Notes: generated by a model from the sequence alone, not told the origin. Counted from the stretch's first letter, positions 38,576-50,013 are shown. The stretch: DNA of 64,000 nt from Bacilli bacterium (GCA_017404385.1 JAFRCK010000031.1:13799-77798); one strand, 5' to 3'. Numbers and translations: made by a program.

Positions 38576-41500
38576 TTATTCTACGCTTTTTAATGATTCA
38601 ATTAAGTGTATTTTCTTTAGAGTATAATGTACTCCAATACTTACTATAAATGTGAATAAAATCATAAATCCAAATGTTTGTAAGTAACTATCTAGATGTA
38701 TATCTTTTATATATTGCATTGTATTTATTTCTAATGAATCTATAAGTTTATATGCATATAATGTACCTGCGCCAAGACCTACTAAAATACCCAATACCGT
38801 TATTATTATTTCTTCTTTCATTATATATAAATCTATTTCTTGGTAATAAAAACCTAATACTTTTAAAGTAGCTATTTCTCTTTGCCTTTCACTTATATTA
38901 ATGTAAGCTAGACTATAGAATACTACAAATGATAGAGCACCAGAGAATATTATTAATACATAAACTATTAGATTTAAAGATTTAAATAATGTATCTGCTT
39001 CTTTTTTAGCATTTATTATAGAAATAGTACTTAGAATATGTGGATTCTTCTTTTTTAAATTAGTTATTATCTCTTTTTCTTCATTTATATTATTAAATCT
39101 TATATACTGTGCATTTATATTATATTTTCCTATATCTTTGGTGTATAAATCTTTTGACATATATATGTAGTCTCCAATATAGTTTTCACATATATTTGTA
39201 ATTTTAAAATCATAAGTAGCGTTATTATTTTCAAGTATAGTAATTTTATCTCCAACTTTTAAATCAAAGTAACTTGCTAATTTTTCAGTTAAGACTACTG
39301 TATTTTCTTTTAGTGTTACTTCATCTTTTGTATCGCTATCAATTATAGTTAATGCTTTTTTAAATTCATCTTTATCATCAGGTGTTATTAAAGATACTCT
39401 TTTATTACCTAATTCAACTTGATCTATTTTAGCGTAAACACTAAAATCTAAGTTCTCATTATCAACATAAATGCTTAATTCTTTTGAATCTAGTTTTCCA
39501 TCTAATGATATTAATGCATCATTATGATTAATCTCATTATATTGTTTCTCAACAACATATGCGATTGAATCTTTAATTCCGTATCCAGCGAGTAATATCA
39601 TTGTACAAGATGCTATTCCAAATATAGACATTAGAACTCTTCTTTTATATCTAAATATATTTCTAATTGTTAATTTATTTGAATATTTAAATCTATTCCA
39701 TAAGAATGGTACTTTTTCTAACCATATTTTTTTACCTATAGGAGGGGCAATTGGTCTTAATAATGAAGTTGTTTTTTCTCTTACTAAATTATTAATAGTA
39801 AATAGAGTAGAACCTACTATACATATAATACTAATAATTATTCCTATTAATATAGGCATGTAGTTATTACTATAAACTGTAACAGGTATATTATGTATTA
39901 TTTTAAATACTTCAATTATTATATTAGGTATTAATAAGTATCCTATTAATGCTCCTAAAACACCTCCGATTAAAGAAGCTAATAGGGAATATATAAAGTA
40001 TTTTAATCTTACTTCTTTATTAGTAAAACCTAGTGCTTTTAAAGTACCAATTTCACTTCTATTTTCAATTGCCATTCTAGCCATTGAAAGTAAACTTATC
40101 ATTATAGATACTATAAAGAATATAATAGGGAATATATTTGATAGATTTTCAACACTATCATAACTACTTAAATATGTTATATATTCATTATTATTATCTC
40201 TTGTTTGTATAAACCATTTAGCTTTTTCAATCTTTTTAAGTTCTTCTTTAGCGGAATCTATTTCTTTTTTAACTTTTATTTTATTGTCTTCATATTCTGC
40301 TTTACTTTTGTCATATAGTTCTAGGTTTTTATTATATTCATTTAATCCAGAATTATATTTATCTAATCCAGTTCTATATTCATTTAAACCAGAGTTATAT
40401 TTATTAATTCCATCATTGTATTCATTCTTTGAATTATTTAATTTTTCTTCATTTTCGCTTATTAATTTAGAATTTTTATCATATTCTATATAACCATTTT
40501 CTATATCTCTAATTCCATTAAATAGTTTTAAAATATCATCATTTTTATCTATATATTCATCTAAATATTTAATTATATCATCATAATGATCAATAGTTGT
40601 TGGTATACTTCCCTTAACAAGAATTATAAAGTTATCATCAAATATTAATTTTTTTATTTGATCAATAGTAGCTATATCTATTAATTCACTTATTTTAACA
40701 TCTGATTTATCTAATATGTCTTGTTCAGTAATTCCATATTTTTGAAGCAGTTCTTCTAAGTTAATTCCGTACATACTAGCTACTATTTTTATATTAACTA
40801 TACTACTTCTTATAGTTTCTTCTATATCTAAATCATCACCAAAAATTTTAATAATATCACTTAGAGAAAAGGATGCGCTATCATATTTTTTTACAAAGTC
40901 TTTTAATTTATCATAAGTAATAATATTGTTAGTATTATCTTTTAATTTATCTTCTATTTCTTTTTTTCCATTATCTAGTTTTTGTTTAGCTCTTGATAGT
41001 TCATCTTTAGCTTTATTTAATGAATCATAGCCTTGTTCTATTTCAATTCTTCCATTATTTAATTCTATTTTAGCTTTGTCTAATTGTTTTTTTGCATTAT
41101 AAAGTGTACTTTTAGTATTGTCTAGTGTTATTTTACCATTATCTAGTTCAATTTTAAATTGATCTAATTGTTTTTTTGCTTTATCTAATTCACTATTTGC
41201 TTTATCTTCTTCTTTTTTTATTTTATCTTTAGCTTCATTTAATATTTTTTCATATCTATCATTTTGTCTATTATCTTTTATTTTATTAATTTGTTTTTCA
41301 TCGTCTTCAATTTCTTTTAAGTATTCATCACTATTAGTTATATATTTAGTTGCATCATCATCTAATACATATATTTCTGTATAATATTCCATATTAAATA
41401 ATTCTTTTTTTACATAAGAATAATACGCAACTTGTCCATTACCTAAACTAGTATTACCTCTACTTTGAGATACGCTACTATTATTTACGTATTCAGGACT

Positions 41501-42016
41501 TAGAACAATACCAACTATTTCTAATTCATCCGTTTTAAGTGAATCATCATCTTCCTCTAATTCTAATTTAATTTTATCCCCAATTTTATAATTTGTTTTA
41601 TAGTCAATTCCTTCTTCTACAACTATTTCGTTATATTTTTCTGGCATTCTACCTTTAATAATTTCATAATCATTTATATCATCAATCATTTCTTGCATTC
41701 TTATGACTGATTCATATTTTCCATCATTAAAAATAGCGTCTTTAGTATGTGACCCTACAACTTTAAAACTACTATTTAACTTTTTAATTTCTTTTACATC
41801 ATCATTATCAAGTCCAAGAGTAGAGATTACTTTCAAATCATACATCTTATTATCATCATAATACTTATCTAATGATTCCATCATTGTAGGTCCTGACATT
41901 TTCATACCTACAAAGAAAGATACTCCTAAAATGCTAAGAATGCATAATGAGAAAAATCTCTTTTTTGATTTTTTTATTTCTCTTAGACTCATAGTAATAA
42001 GTCTATTCTTTTTCAT
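38576..42016 (-). CDS. Large FtsX-family ABC permease (N-terminal and C-terminal FtsX 4-TM modules) with a ~700-aa coiled-coil-rich extracytoplasmic domain containing internal repeats
   Basis: FtsX signatures ENRSEIGTLKALGFTNKEV and SERQREIATLKVLGFYYQEI. Repeats LDKAKKQLD..LDNGK and a GLNEYNS heptad array. Confidence 0.85.
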   Translation of the reverse strand: MKKNRLITMSLREIKKSKKRFFSLCILSILGVSFFVGMKMSGPTMMESLDKYYDDNKMYDLKVISTLGLDNDDVKEIKKLNSSFKVVGSHTKDAIFNDGKYESVIRMQEMIDDINDYEIIKGRMPEKYNEIVVEEGIDYKTNYKIGDKIKLELEEDDDSLKTDELEIVGIVLSPEYVNNSSVSQSRGNTSLGNGQVAYYSYVKKELFNMEYYTEIYVLDDDATKYITNSDEYLKEIEDDEKQINKIKDNRQNDRYEKILNEAKDKIKKEEDKANSELDKAKKQLDQFKIELDNGKITLDNTKSTLYNAKKQLDKAKIELNNGRIEIEQGYDSLNKAKDELSRAKQKLDNGKKEIEDKLKDNTNNIITYDKLKDFVKKYDSASFSLSDIIKIFGDDLDIEETIRSSIVNIKIVASMYGINLEELLQKYGITEQDILDKSDVKISELIDIATIDQIKKLIFDDNFIILVKGSIPTTIDHYDDIIKYLDEYIDKNDDILKLFNGIRDIENGYIEYDKNSKLISENEEKLNNSKNEYNDGINKYNSGLNEYRTGLDKYNSGLNEYNKNLELYDKSKAEYEDNKIKVKKEIDSAKEELKKIEKAKWFIQTRDNNNEYITYLSSYDSVENLSNIFPIIFFIVSIMISLLSMARMAIENRSEIGTLKALGFTNKEVRLKYFIYSLLASLIGGVLGALIGYLLIPNIIIEVFKIIHNIPVTVYSNNYMPILIGIIISIICIVGSTLFTINNLVREKTTSLLRPIAPPIGKKIWLEKVPFLWNRFKYSNKLTIRNIFRYKRRVLMSIFGIASCTMILLAGYGIKDSIAYVVEKQYNEINHNDALISLDGKLDSKELSIYVDNENLDFSVYAKIDQVELGNKRVSLITPDDKDEFKKALTIIDSDTKDEVTLKENTVVLTEKLASYFDLKVGDKITILENNNATYDFKITNICENYIGDYIYMSKDLYTKDIGKYNINAQYIRFNNINEEKEIITNLKKKNPHILSTISIINAKKEADTLFKSLNLIVYVLIIFSGALSFVVFYSLAYINISERQREIATLKVLGFYYQEIDLYIMKEEIIITVLGILVGLGAGTLYAYKLIDSLEINTMQYIKDIHLDSYLQTFGFMILFTFIVSIGVHYTLKKIHLIESLKSVE
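40300..40470 (-). repeat. Imperfect 21-bp tandem repeats inside the FtsX permease CDS, encoding GLNEYNS-type heptads
   Basis: Repeated TTAATCCAGAATTATATTTAT-like units are visible on the plus strand. Confidence 0.6.
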
Positions 42017-42020
42017 ATTC

Positions 42021-42731
42021 TTACCATTCTATCTCTTTAACACTAATAGGTTTTTTATTTAGAATTATTTCTTCTGTCCTTCCGTTTCTAAATTTTATTA
42101 CTCTATCAGCCATAGGTGCTACTGCACTATTATGAGTTATTATTATAGTTGTTATTTTATCTTTTCTACAAGTCTTTTCTAATAATTCTAATATTTGTTT
42201 ACCTGTTTTATAATCTAGAGCGCCAGTTGGTTCATCTGCCAAAAGTATTTTAGGTTTTCTTGCTATTGCTCTTGCTATTGATACTCTTTGTTGTTGACCA
42301 CCAGACATTTGTGATGGAAAGTTATCCATTCTATCTTCTAGTCCTACTTTTTTTAGAGCTTCTTTTGGGTCCATTGGATTCTTACACATTTGTGTACCTA
42401 ATTCTATATTTTCAAGTGCTGTTAAGTTTTGAACTAGGTTATAAAATTGAAAAACAAACCCTATATCATTTCTTCTATATTTAATTAATTCCTTTTCTTT
42501 TATTTTTGTAATATTAATACCATCTATTATTACATCTCCAGAGGTTACTTCATCCATACCACCTAATATATTAAGACATGTGGATTTACCAGAACCAGAT
42601 TGTCCTAATATAACAACTAATTCTCCTTTTTCAATTTCAAAACTAGCTTTATCTAAAGCCTTTAAATCTACTTCACCCATTTTATAAATTTTATCTACGT
42701 CTTTAAATTCTATATAGGCCATATTAGTCAC
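42021..42731 (-). CDS. ABC transporter ATP-binding protein (MacB/LolD-type), partner of the permease
   Basis: [34 protein letters not shown]. The stop is 4 nt before the permease start. Confidence 0.9.
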   Translation of the reverse strand: MTNMAYIEFKDVDKIYKMGEVDLKALDKASFEIEKGELVVILGQSGSGKSTCLNILGGMDEVTSGDVIIDGINITKIKEKELIKYRRNDIGFVFQFYNLVQNLTALENIELGTQMCKNPMDPKEALKKVGLEDRMDNFPSQMSGGQQQRVSIARAIARKPKILLADEPTGALDYKTGKQILELLEKTCRKDKITTIIITHNSAVAPMADRVIKFRNGRTEEIILNKKPISVKEIEW

Positions 42732-42862
42732 CTCGGATTATATTGTTATTTTATCATATAATAGTTTTTTATTCAATGTTTATAAACTGACAAATAACTA
42801 GCATTTGCCTTGTTGAAAGGCAGATATTGTGTTATTATAAAGGTATATACTAGGAGGTCTAT

Positions 42863-45244
42863 ATGAAAAAATTATTTTCAGTTTTAATAATTTTTGCTTT
42901 GTTATTTAATATGTTCTTTCCTAGTACCATAGTATTTGCGGATAGTATTAATTCTAGTGAAGTAATAAAAGGCACATATCAGTATTCTTCTGATGAGGGA
43001 AGTAATATTCAAAATCAAAATAATTTTTTATATAGAGATGATTGTTTTATTAGATCATCCTTTTTAGGTTGTAAGCATTTAGAAATATTATCAATGCAGG
43101 TAGCTAGCGCATCAGTTAGTTATTATGGATCTGATGTAGATAAATATGAAATAGATCCAACAGTTAGTTCTCATAATTTAGTTCAAATGTTACAAGATAT
43201 GAAGTTTAATAATATTTCAATAAATAAGTATTATAGAACTGAAAAACATGAGAATTCTATGGGAGTAGCAGTAGCTCAAAAAGAAATAATTCAATCTGGT
43301 GAAAAATATACACTTTTAGCTATAGTTCCACGAAGTGCTGGTTATAAAGAAGAGTGGGCTGGTAACTTTACTGTTGGTGATAAAGATATACATGATGGAT
43401 TTAAACAAGCTAGAGATGAAATATTAAGATTTGTAAAAAAATATATTAATGAAAACAATATTGAAGGTAGTCTAAAAGTATGGATTCCTGGATGGAGTAG
43501 AGGAGCGGCAGTATCAAATATGCTTGGTGGTTTCTTTGCTGGTGGTGGAATAGAGTACTTTGGTGAAAATGTTTCTATTAATCCAGAAGATGTATATTGT
43601 TATTCGATGGGTACTCCAAGTACAATTAAAAATGGTTTAGATAAGAATATAGAACTTAGTGTAAGTGGTAAACGTAGTGATCCAGTATATGTTGATGATA
43701 CTGAAGGAGAAGCATATACTTATACAAAAGGTGGTACAGTAGATGTAACTGATCCAATATATAATGGTATTAGAAGTATAATAGATCCTGATGATTTCTT
43801 CCCATTATTACCTCCAGAAGATTGGGGTTTTACTCACTATGGAATAGTAATAGATCCAAATGAAGGTTTAGATTATGGATCATTCTTAAATGAACTAAAT
43901 AGTATTAGTCCATATGTTTATAATATTTATACTGGTATTGGTGATTTAAAAGCATTACCTAAAAAGACATTTGATTTAAAAACACTTAGTACTGTAGATA
44001 TAGGTGAAACAATCGCTATAGTTGATCTTTTAAAACAAAGAATAGAGGGTATGGTTAATGAAACTAAAACTAATCAAGAATATAAAAATAATGGCTATGA
44101 AGAAGCTTTAACAGCGTTTGCTGGTGTATTTGGAATGGGATTAGTGTTCTTGTTTGATAGTTCAGAATCAGGACTAGACTCTAATTCCGCAATAAGTGCA
44201 CTTGCTTATAGTTATCTTGCTTATGTATCAGAACTTCTTCAAGAAGAAGGTAAAGCAGATAATGAAAACTATGCGATTACATTAGCTTTAGAAGATGTAT
44301 TAACATATTTCACAGGAGAAGAAATAGATGATTCAACTTTTACTGTGGATAGTTTCTTAGAATTATTTGCTAAATATATTTCAGAAAATGAAAATGAACC
44401 AGTTGCGGATGCGGTTATTAATGGAATAATGAATATTGTTCCAGAAGAAAATCAAATGTTCTTATCAGCTTTTAAATCATTTTATCCAACAGATGATCCA
44501 GATTCAATTTCTATAGAAGATGGGTTAAAAGCATTTATTAAGGCATGTTATTATGGACCAGATCCAAATAGTAGTGTAGTAAATTATTATGAAAATGCTG
44601 AAAAAGTAAGAAGTTTATTATGTATTACTATGATTATGTTTCTTCAGTCAGATGATCCAGAGATTCAAGAAATGTTCACAGATGATGATGGTAATATAAC
44701 TGGTAAAGCTGCTAAATTTAGTGACGCTATTAGAAAAATAATGGATAGAATTAAAACTGTTAAAGATGATGAAGGTAATATAATAAAAACATATAATGAT
44801 ATGAGTGAATTAGCTGATGATAAATTAATTGAAATGCTTGAAAATAATAAAGTAAATATGATTACAAAAAGTGAAGAATTATATGGTGTAGATTATAAAA
44901 ATGAATTAAGTAGACAAATAGATAAATTAGAGAATAATATTACTAATTTTAGAAAAATAATTTCTTCTTTATTCTTTTATTCAGAAAGTGGTTATAGTAC
45001 TAAGACTATGCTTGAAAATTGTATAAGTTTAGTAGGTAATGCAAGTGCTATTCCATTAATGCATTATAATGAAATATACGTTGCTAAAGCAAGATCAGCA
45101 AATAGATATGAAAACCATGTTGATGAATCTGATATTATTAACCCAGCAACAGAAGATGGTATTAAATCATTTATTTTGTTATTATCATTAAGTATAATAG
45201 GACTTTTATTAATAAGAATAATAAAAATAAAAAAACTAACATAA
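42863..45244 (+). CDS. Secreted/surface protein with a GxSxG (alpha/beta-hydrolase-like) motif and a C-terminal TM anchor
   Basis: Signal peptide. PGWSRGAAVSNMLGG. C-terminal hydrophobic helix plus KKLT. Confidence 0.45.
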   Translation: MKKLFSVLIIFALLFNMFFPSTIVFADSINSSEVIKGTYQYSSDEGSNIQNQNNFLYRDDCFIRSSFLGCKHLEILSMQVASASVSYYGSDVDKYEIDPTVSSHNLVQMLQDMKFNNISINKYYRTEKHENSMGVAVAQKEIIQSGEKYTLLAIVPRSAGYKEEWAGNFTVGDKDIHDGFKQARDEILRFVKKYINENNIEGSLKVWIPGWSRGAAVSNMLGGFFAGGGIEYFGENVSINPEDVYCYSMGTPSTIKNGLDKNIELSVSGKRSDPVYVDDTEGEAYTYTKGGTVDVTDPIYNGIRSIIDPDDFFPLLPPEDWGFTHYGIVIDPNEGLDYGSFLNELNSISPYVYNIYTGIGDLKALPKKTFDLKTLSTVDIGETIAIVDLLKQRIEGMVNETKTNQEYKNNGYEEALTAFAGVFGMGLVFLFDSSESGLDSNSAISALAYSYLAYVSELLQEEGKADNENYAITLALEDVLTYFTGEEIDDSTFTVDSFLELFAKYISENENEPVADAVINGIMNIVPEENQMFLSAFKSFYPTDDPDSISIEDGLKAFIKACYYGPDPNSSVVNYYENAEKVRSLLCITMIMFLQSDDPEIQEMFTDDDGNITGKAAKFSDAIRKIMDRIKTVKDDEGNIIKTYNDMSELADDKLIEMLENNKVNMITKSEELYGVDYKNELSRQIDKLENNITNFRKIISSLFFYSESGYSTKTMLENCISLVGNASAIPLMHYNEIYVAKARSANRYENHVDESDIINPATEDGIKSFILLLSLSIIGLLLIRIIKIKKLT

Positions 45245-45253
45245 GTTAGTTTT

Positions 45254-45700
45254 TTATTGATTATGTTCAATAAATTTAGTGAAATTCTCTTGTTGATATG
45301 GAATAGATTTTTCATTTATCTTTCCAAATAATAAATAGTTTTTACCATCATTTGTTTTAATAGATATTCTTTTTGTTTTAGAATTTAGTAAAGCAAAGTT
45401 TTTAATAGTAATACTAGTTATATCTTCATTTGGAATAAAAATTATATCTCTTTCTTTATCAATTTCCATTTTATTAATAGATTGAGTTAATACTATACCA
45501 CCTTGTTTTAATGGAATCATCGCAAGTCCTTTATTTGTTTCATTAATTATTAATCCTTCATATGGATATTCCATACCACTTTTTAGACCACTAGACTTTT
45601 GCATATCTTTATAAACTATAAATATATTATTTTCATCATAATAATATTTGCTTTTCTTAAATAATTCTATTACCTTTTCTAATGTATCAAATTCTTCCAT
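45254..45700 (-). CDS. Hypothetical protein (possible bacterial PH-like domain)
   Basis: ORF only. No motif recognised. Confidence 0.3.
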   Translation of the reverse strand: MEEFDTLEKVIELFKKSKYYYDENNIFIVYKDMQKSSGLKSGMEYPYEGLIINETNKGLAMIPLKQGGIVLTQSINKMEIDKERDIIFIPNEDITSITIKNFALLNSKTKRISIKTNDGKNYLLFGKINEKSIPYQQENFTKFIEHNQ

Positions 45701-45719
45701 ATTTTTCTCCTTTTCTTTA

Positions 45720-47171
45720 TTAATTATTATTCAAATATTTATTCTTAAAATAGTTAATAATAGGTTCTACATTTAATTCTTCTTTACAAACTCTTTTAGC
45801 CACTTCAAATATATTATAAGCGCCTGCATATTTATGTATATTTTCATTTAAAAATTTAGTTATTTCATTTATTTTACCAGTTTTTAATAGTTCATCTACG
45901 TTATCTATTTTTTCATATAACATTCCATCTAATATAGTCCCTAGAAGATAATCAGGAAAATAACCAAATGATGCATCTGACCAGTGAGTATCTTGAAGAA
46001 TTCCTTCTTTATCGTCTTTAATAGTAATACCCAAATAATCATAATACTTTTTATTCCATATTTCAGGTAAGTCATCAAGATTTGTAATTTTACCATTAAA
46101 GATATCTCTTTCTATTTCATATCTAATTATTATATGTAGACAGTACGTTAATTCATCTGCGTATATTCTAATAGGTGATGGCTTAGCGTTATTTAAATAC
46201 TCCATATATTCATCCAAAGATAAATCTAAATTAGCCATTTTTTTAATATCATCATAAATTGGTATCCAAAAGTTTTTATCTCTACCTAATATGTTTTCAT
46301 AAAATCTAGACTGACTTTCATGAAGTGCAAGCATATTATTATCACATATATTTAATTCATTAAATTCATTAGCTTGTCTTTGTTCAAATATACCATGTCC
46401 ACCTTCATGAATAATAGTAGTAACTAAATCAATTATATCTTTTGCTTCATACGCAATTCTAACATCATTTTTTGAGATAGTACTGGTATAACCATGTGTA
46501 TAATTACCAAGTGTTCCTCTTTCATTATCAAAACCTATATAATTAAGAATATATTTTGCTATTTTATTTTCTGTTTCACTATCTAGTTTATTTAACTTAT
46601 TTAATTTTTTTGGTTTTAATTCTTTAATAATAGGTATAATTCCAGATTTTAATTCCTCAAATAATCTATCTACATCTTCTGATTTAATTCCTTTTTCATA
46701 ATCACTAAGCATCACATCATATAGGCTACTATAGTTAGGGTTCTTATAATTATAGTATTCTTTAGTCATCTTGATATTCTTTTCTAGATATGGTTTAAAT
46801 ATAGAATAATCATTTTTTTCTTTAGCTAAAGCCCATTTTACTTTTGCTGTAGTTCTTTGTTTAACAAAATCTTTATAAAAATCTTTTGGTATTCTTTTAT
46901 CTTCTTCATACTCATCTTTTAAGTTTAAGTAATATCTTTTTTTATGATCATCTAATTTATTAAACTCATCAGAATTAATATATTTATTAAGTAAATCTAT
47001 ATATCTATCAGATGTCTTCATTTCATTAATTTCAGACGATATTTTTGAAATCATATCTATATATAAATCAATTGATTTAGAAGGTGAAATAGTATCAACT
47101 TCCCAGTTTAAAATACTATTAATTATTCTTTTGTTGTTTATTTCGTTTAGATATTTTATTAGTTCTTCCAT
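45720..47171 (-). CDS. M32-family (carboxypeptidase Taq-like) metallopeptidase
   Basis: HEXXH in the context IIHEGGHGIFEQ. Length about 480 aa. RBS AAGGAGG. Confidence 0.65.
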   Translation of the reverse strand: MEELIKYLNEINNKRIINSILNWEVDTISPSKSIDLYIDMISKISSEINEMKTSDRYIDLLNKYINSDEFNKLDDHKKRYYLNLKDEYEEDKRIPKDFYKDFVKQRTTAKVKWALAKEKNDYSIFKPYLEKNIKMTKEYYNYKNPNYSSLYDVMLSDYEKGIKSEDVDRLFEELKSGIIPIIKELKPKKLNKLNKLDSETENKIAKYILNYIGFDNERGTLGNYTHGYTSTISKNDVRIAYEAKDIIDLVTTIIHEGGHGIFEQRQANEFNELNICDNNMLALHESQSRFYENILGRDKNFWIPIYDDIKKMANLDLSLDEYMEYLNNAKPSPIRIYADELTYCLHIIIRYEIERDIFNGKITNLDDLPEIWNKKYYDYLGITIKDDKEGILQDTHWSDASFGYFPDYLLGTILDGMLYEKIDNVDELLKTGKINEITKFLNENIHKYAGAYNIFEVAKRVCKEELNVEPIINYFKNKYLNNN

Positions 47172-47679
47172 TCTTTTTTTCCTCCTTGTTTTTATAATAT
47201 GCTATAATAGTGCTTGTTATTGTTATTATTTCAAATATTATTGCAAAATATGATCCAACTACAATTGCGTATATAAACCAACAAGTTGCCCCAACTATAC
47301 CAATTAGTCTTATAATGTTCTCATCATCTTTAGTAAATGATAATAGTGAAGCAACAGATGCGATTATTGGAAAGATTGAATATATATTATCATATGTTAA
47401 TAAAGATATAATTACTAAAATAGGTATTAATATAAATATTAGAATATTCTTTTTCTTTGGAAAATAATAATCAAAAATATAAATTAAAATTAATGATATT
47501 AAACCAAGTATATTACACATAGTTCCAGTTCTAGCCATTAACATTGAATAATGAATCGTAAATAGAATATAGGCTAGTATTTGTATTATTAAAATACTTT
47601 TTTTAGTTTTTTTAAAATAGCTAAACGCAATTACTAAATACGCTAAAGCTCCAATGGTTTGGGTAATTATTTCATGCAT
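47119..47679 (-). CDS. Polytopic membrane protein; 3' end overlaps the M32 gene start by 53 nt
   Basis: Five or six TM helices. RBS AAGGAG. Confidence 0.45.
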   Translation of the reverse strand: MHEIITQTIGALAYLVIAFSYFKKTKKSILIIQILAYILFTIHYSMLMARTGTMCNILGLISLILIYIFDYYFPKKKNILIFILIPILVIISLLTYDNIYSIFPIIASVASLLSFTKDDENIIRLIGIVGATCWFIYAIVVGSYFAIIFEIITITSTIIAYYKNKEEKKNGRTNKISKRNKQQKNN

Positions 47680-47764
47680 ATGTATTCTCCTTTATGTTAA
47701 TTATAACATATTTGACAAATTTTTAATTATTATATATATTATAAAAGCAATATGGGGGATCGTT

Positions 47765-48538
47765 ATGGCATATAAATATTATTTTTTAAATGGTGACAAA
47801 GGAAAAGGAAAAGCCTTGTTTTTAGAAGAAAATGGTGTAATAAGACGTGATTTTAATGATATTTCTAATATAGATTTAATTACTCTAAATATGAAGAAAA
47901 AAGATTTAAGAGATATTATTAATGAATATAATAAGGGAGAAGATTTATCTGGTTATTTTTATGATGCTTCTTATCCACATTGTCTTGATAAAGTTAAAAA
48001 GGGTGAAATTCTTTTGCCTAAAACAGAAGTATATCCAGCATTTTTTGATTTTTCTAGTGAAAGAACAGAGTACTATATTGATAAGTTAAAAGAATTTGCT
48101 GAAGAAAGAAAATATAAGGTTGAAAACGGAATGTTAAAACACTTAGATGATACACCTGATTTTAACCTATTTATTGAAAACTTATTGTATAGAATATTTG
48201 ATGAGTTTGATTCAAGAATAACTGGTTATGATTCTTTACTTGCACATAAACTTAAAGAAATAATAAATGAAAGATTTGATGATTATAAAGAAAAAGATAA
48301 TAGTCAGTATGTTAAATTCAGATTAAAAACAATAAAAAATATATTAACAAATTATACTCAATTAAGATTATTAGTAATGGAATACTTATGTATAAAAGAA
48401 GACTATAATCCTAATATGAGAGGAACTATGAATAAAATAGGATCTTTTATAAATGATGATATGACTCCTTGCATAAAGGATCCATCTAAAAAACTTGAAT
48501 ATAGGCAATTAGTTTTATCAGATTTTCTTGATATTTAA
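47765..48538 (+). CDS. Hypothetical protein
   Basis: RBS GGGGGAT before ATG 47765. Terminator at 48544..48568. Confidence 0.4.
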   Translation: MAYKYYFLNGDKGKGKALFLEENGVIRRDFNDISNIDLITLNMKKKDLRDIINEYNKGEDLSGYFYDASYPHCLDKVKKGEILLPKTEVYPAFFDFSSERTEYYIDKLKEFAEERKYKVENGMLKHLDDTPDFNLFIENLLYRIFDEFDSRITGYDSLLAHKLKEIINERFDDYKEKDNSQYVKFRLKTIKNILTNYTQLRLLVMEYLCIKEDYNPNMRGTMNKIGSFINDDMTPCIKDPSKKLEYRQLVLSDFLDI

Positions 48539-48599
48539 TTAAAATAGTAGATATGTCTACTATTTTTTATGTTATAATATTTATAATAGGAGGATGCTT

Positions 48600-50012
48600 A
48601 TGAATCAATTATATCAAGAATTAATAAACTCTATTAATAGAACATGTGAAAAGCATCCAGAATACTCTATGCAGAAACATTTATATGGTTGTTTAAAACA
48701 ATACTATAATTCACTATATTCGTCTCCTGTTACAGCTTTGAATAATTTCTATATTGGTTTTTCAAGAACAGATAAGAATAATAATCCTGTTAGAGCAAGG
48801 TTAATGGATTATATGGTTTCTAGAAATAAAGATGGAGCCTTAGAGTTTTTTAGATTAATATATTCTTTTTGTATAAAAATGGTAGAATTGAATTCAAATA
48901 GAAAACTAAAGGATGAAAACTTATTTAAATATAGTTGTTTTTATATAAATGAATATAATGAAGTAACATCTGAAAATGATATTGAATCTATTAGAGATAA
49001 AATTTATGATAATCCAAATTTGTTATCTGGTCTTATGTATTATATTCAACCATTAATTGGATATTTTACTGAAGCTATTAGCATAAAAAAAGAGGTTGTT
49101 AAATCAGGTATTATATTTACAGATATAACTTCAACAGCTAATCAAGTAATTACTAATGTTGATAGAAATGTAATTAAAGATTCATTTGGAGCTACTTTAA
49201 AAAATGGACGTATTCAAGTAGCGTCATACATTGGAAAAAAGAATAGACAAGAAGATGCAGTTTTATCTATGACTAGGGGAAATTGTTCATTAAATATAGT
49301 TGCGGATGGAATAAGTGGCTCAGGTGGTGGTCATTTAGCAAGTATTATGGTAGTTAAAGAGATGTGTATATGGTTTAATGAATTAAATCTTGATTATATA
49401 CCACAAAGTTATAATTCGGTTAAAGATGCAGAAACAAGTACTTTATTTAAAATGATTACTAAAAAATTACAAGAGATAAATTTTAAAATTAATCATCGAT
49501 ATGAAGGAAAAAATCCACCAGGAACTACAGTAGTTATAGCTTTTAGTACACCAGCCTATACCTTAATTATTAATGTTGGTGATTCAACAGCATATTTAAA
49601 AAATGGTCAAGATATAAAATTATTAACAAAAATAGACGCGGCTGGATTTATTGATAAATCCATAATAGAAGATTATGAAAAATATAGAAATGTATTTGGT
49701 AATAATATAGTTACTCGATTTATTGGATGTGGTACAAATCAAGTTAAACCACATGGTTATTCATTAGATCATAGTGTTCCTAGAAAAATAATATTATCTA
49801 GTGATGGAGTAACAGATTTAATAAATGAGGATAATTTTAAAAGACTATTTTTAGGTAATGCAACTGCAAAAGATTTTGTAGATAAAGCATTAAATCCAGA
49901 TCCACATATAAAACCAAAAGATGGATCATATCAGGAATTATCTAATAAGAGTACTGATAACATATCGGCTATATTAATTGATATACCAAAGAATAGTGGA
50001 AGGAGTCTTTAA
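48600..50012 (+). CDS. Protein with a C-terminal PP2C (PPM) Ser/Thr phosphatase domain and an uncharacterised N-terminal domain
   Basis: VADGISGSGGGHLAS (PP2C DGxGG motif). RBS TAGGAGG. Confidence 0.65.
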   Translation: MNQLYQELINSINRTCEKHPEYSMQKHLYGCLKQYYNSLYSSPVTALNNFYIGFSRTDKNNNPVRARLMDYMVSRNKDGALEFFRLIYSFCIKMVELNSNRKLKDENLFKYSCFYINEYNEVTSENDIESIRDKIYDNPNLLSGLMYYIQPLIGYFTEAISIKKEVVKSGIIFTDITSTANQVITNVDRNVIKDSFGATLKNGRIQVASYIGKKNRQEDAVLSMTRGNCSLNIVADGISGSGGGHLASIMVVKEMCIWFNELNLDYIPQSYNSVKDAETSTLFKMITKKLQEINFKINHRYEGKNPPGTTVVIAFSTPAYTLIINVGDSTAYLKNGQDIKLLTKIDAAGFIDKSIIEDYEKYRNVFGNNIVTRFIGCGTNQVKPHGYSLDHSVPRKIILSSDGVTDLINEDNFKRLFLGNATAKDFVDKALNPDPHIKPKDGSYQELSNKSTDNISAILIDIPKNSGRSL

Positions 50013-50013
50013 T

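Noticed and set aside
45720-47679. Possible frameshifted single gene spanning 47119..47679 and 45720..47171
   Set aside because: Different reading frames with independent RBSs. The upstream ORF is a polytopic membrane protein unrelated to the M32 peptidase. The 53-nt overlap is tolerated.
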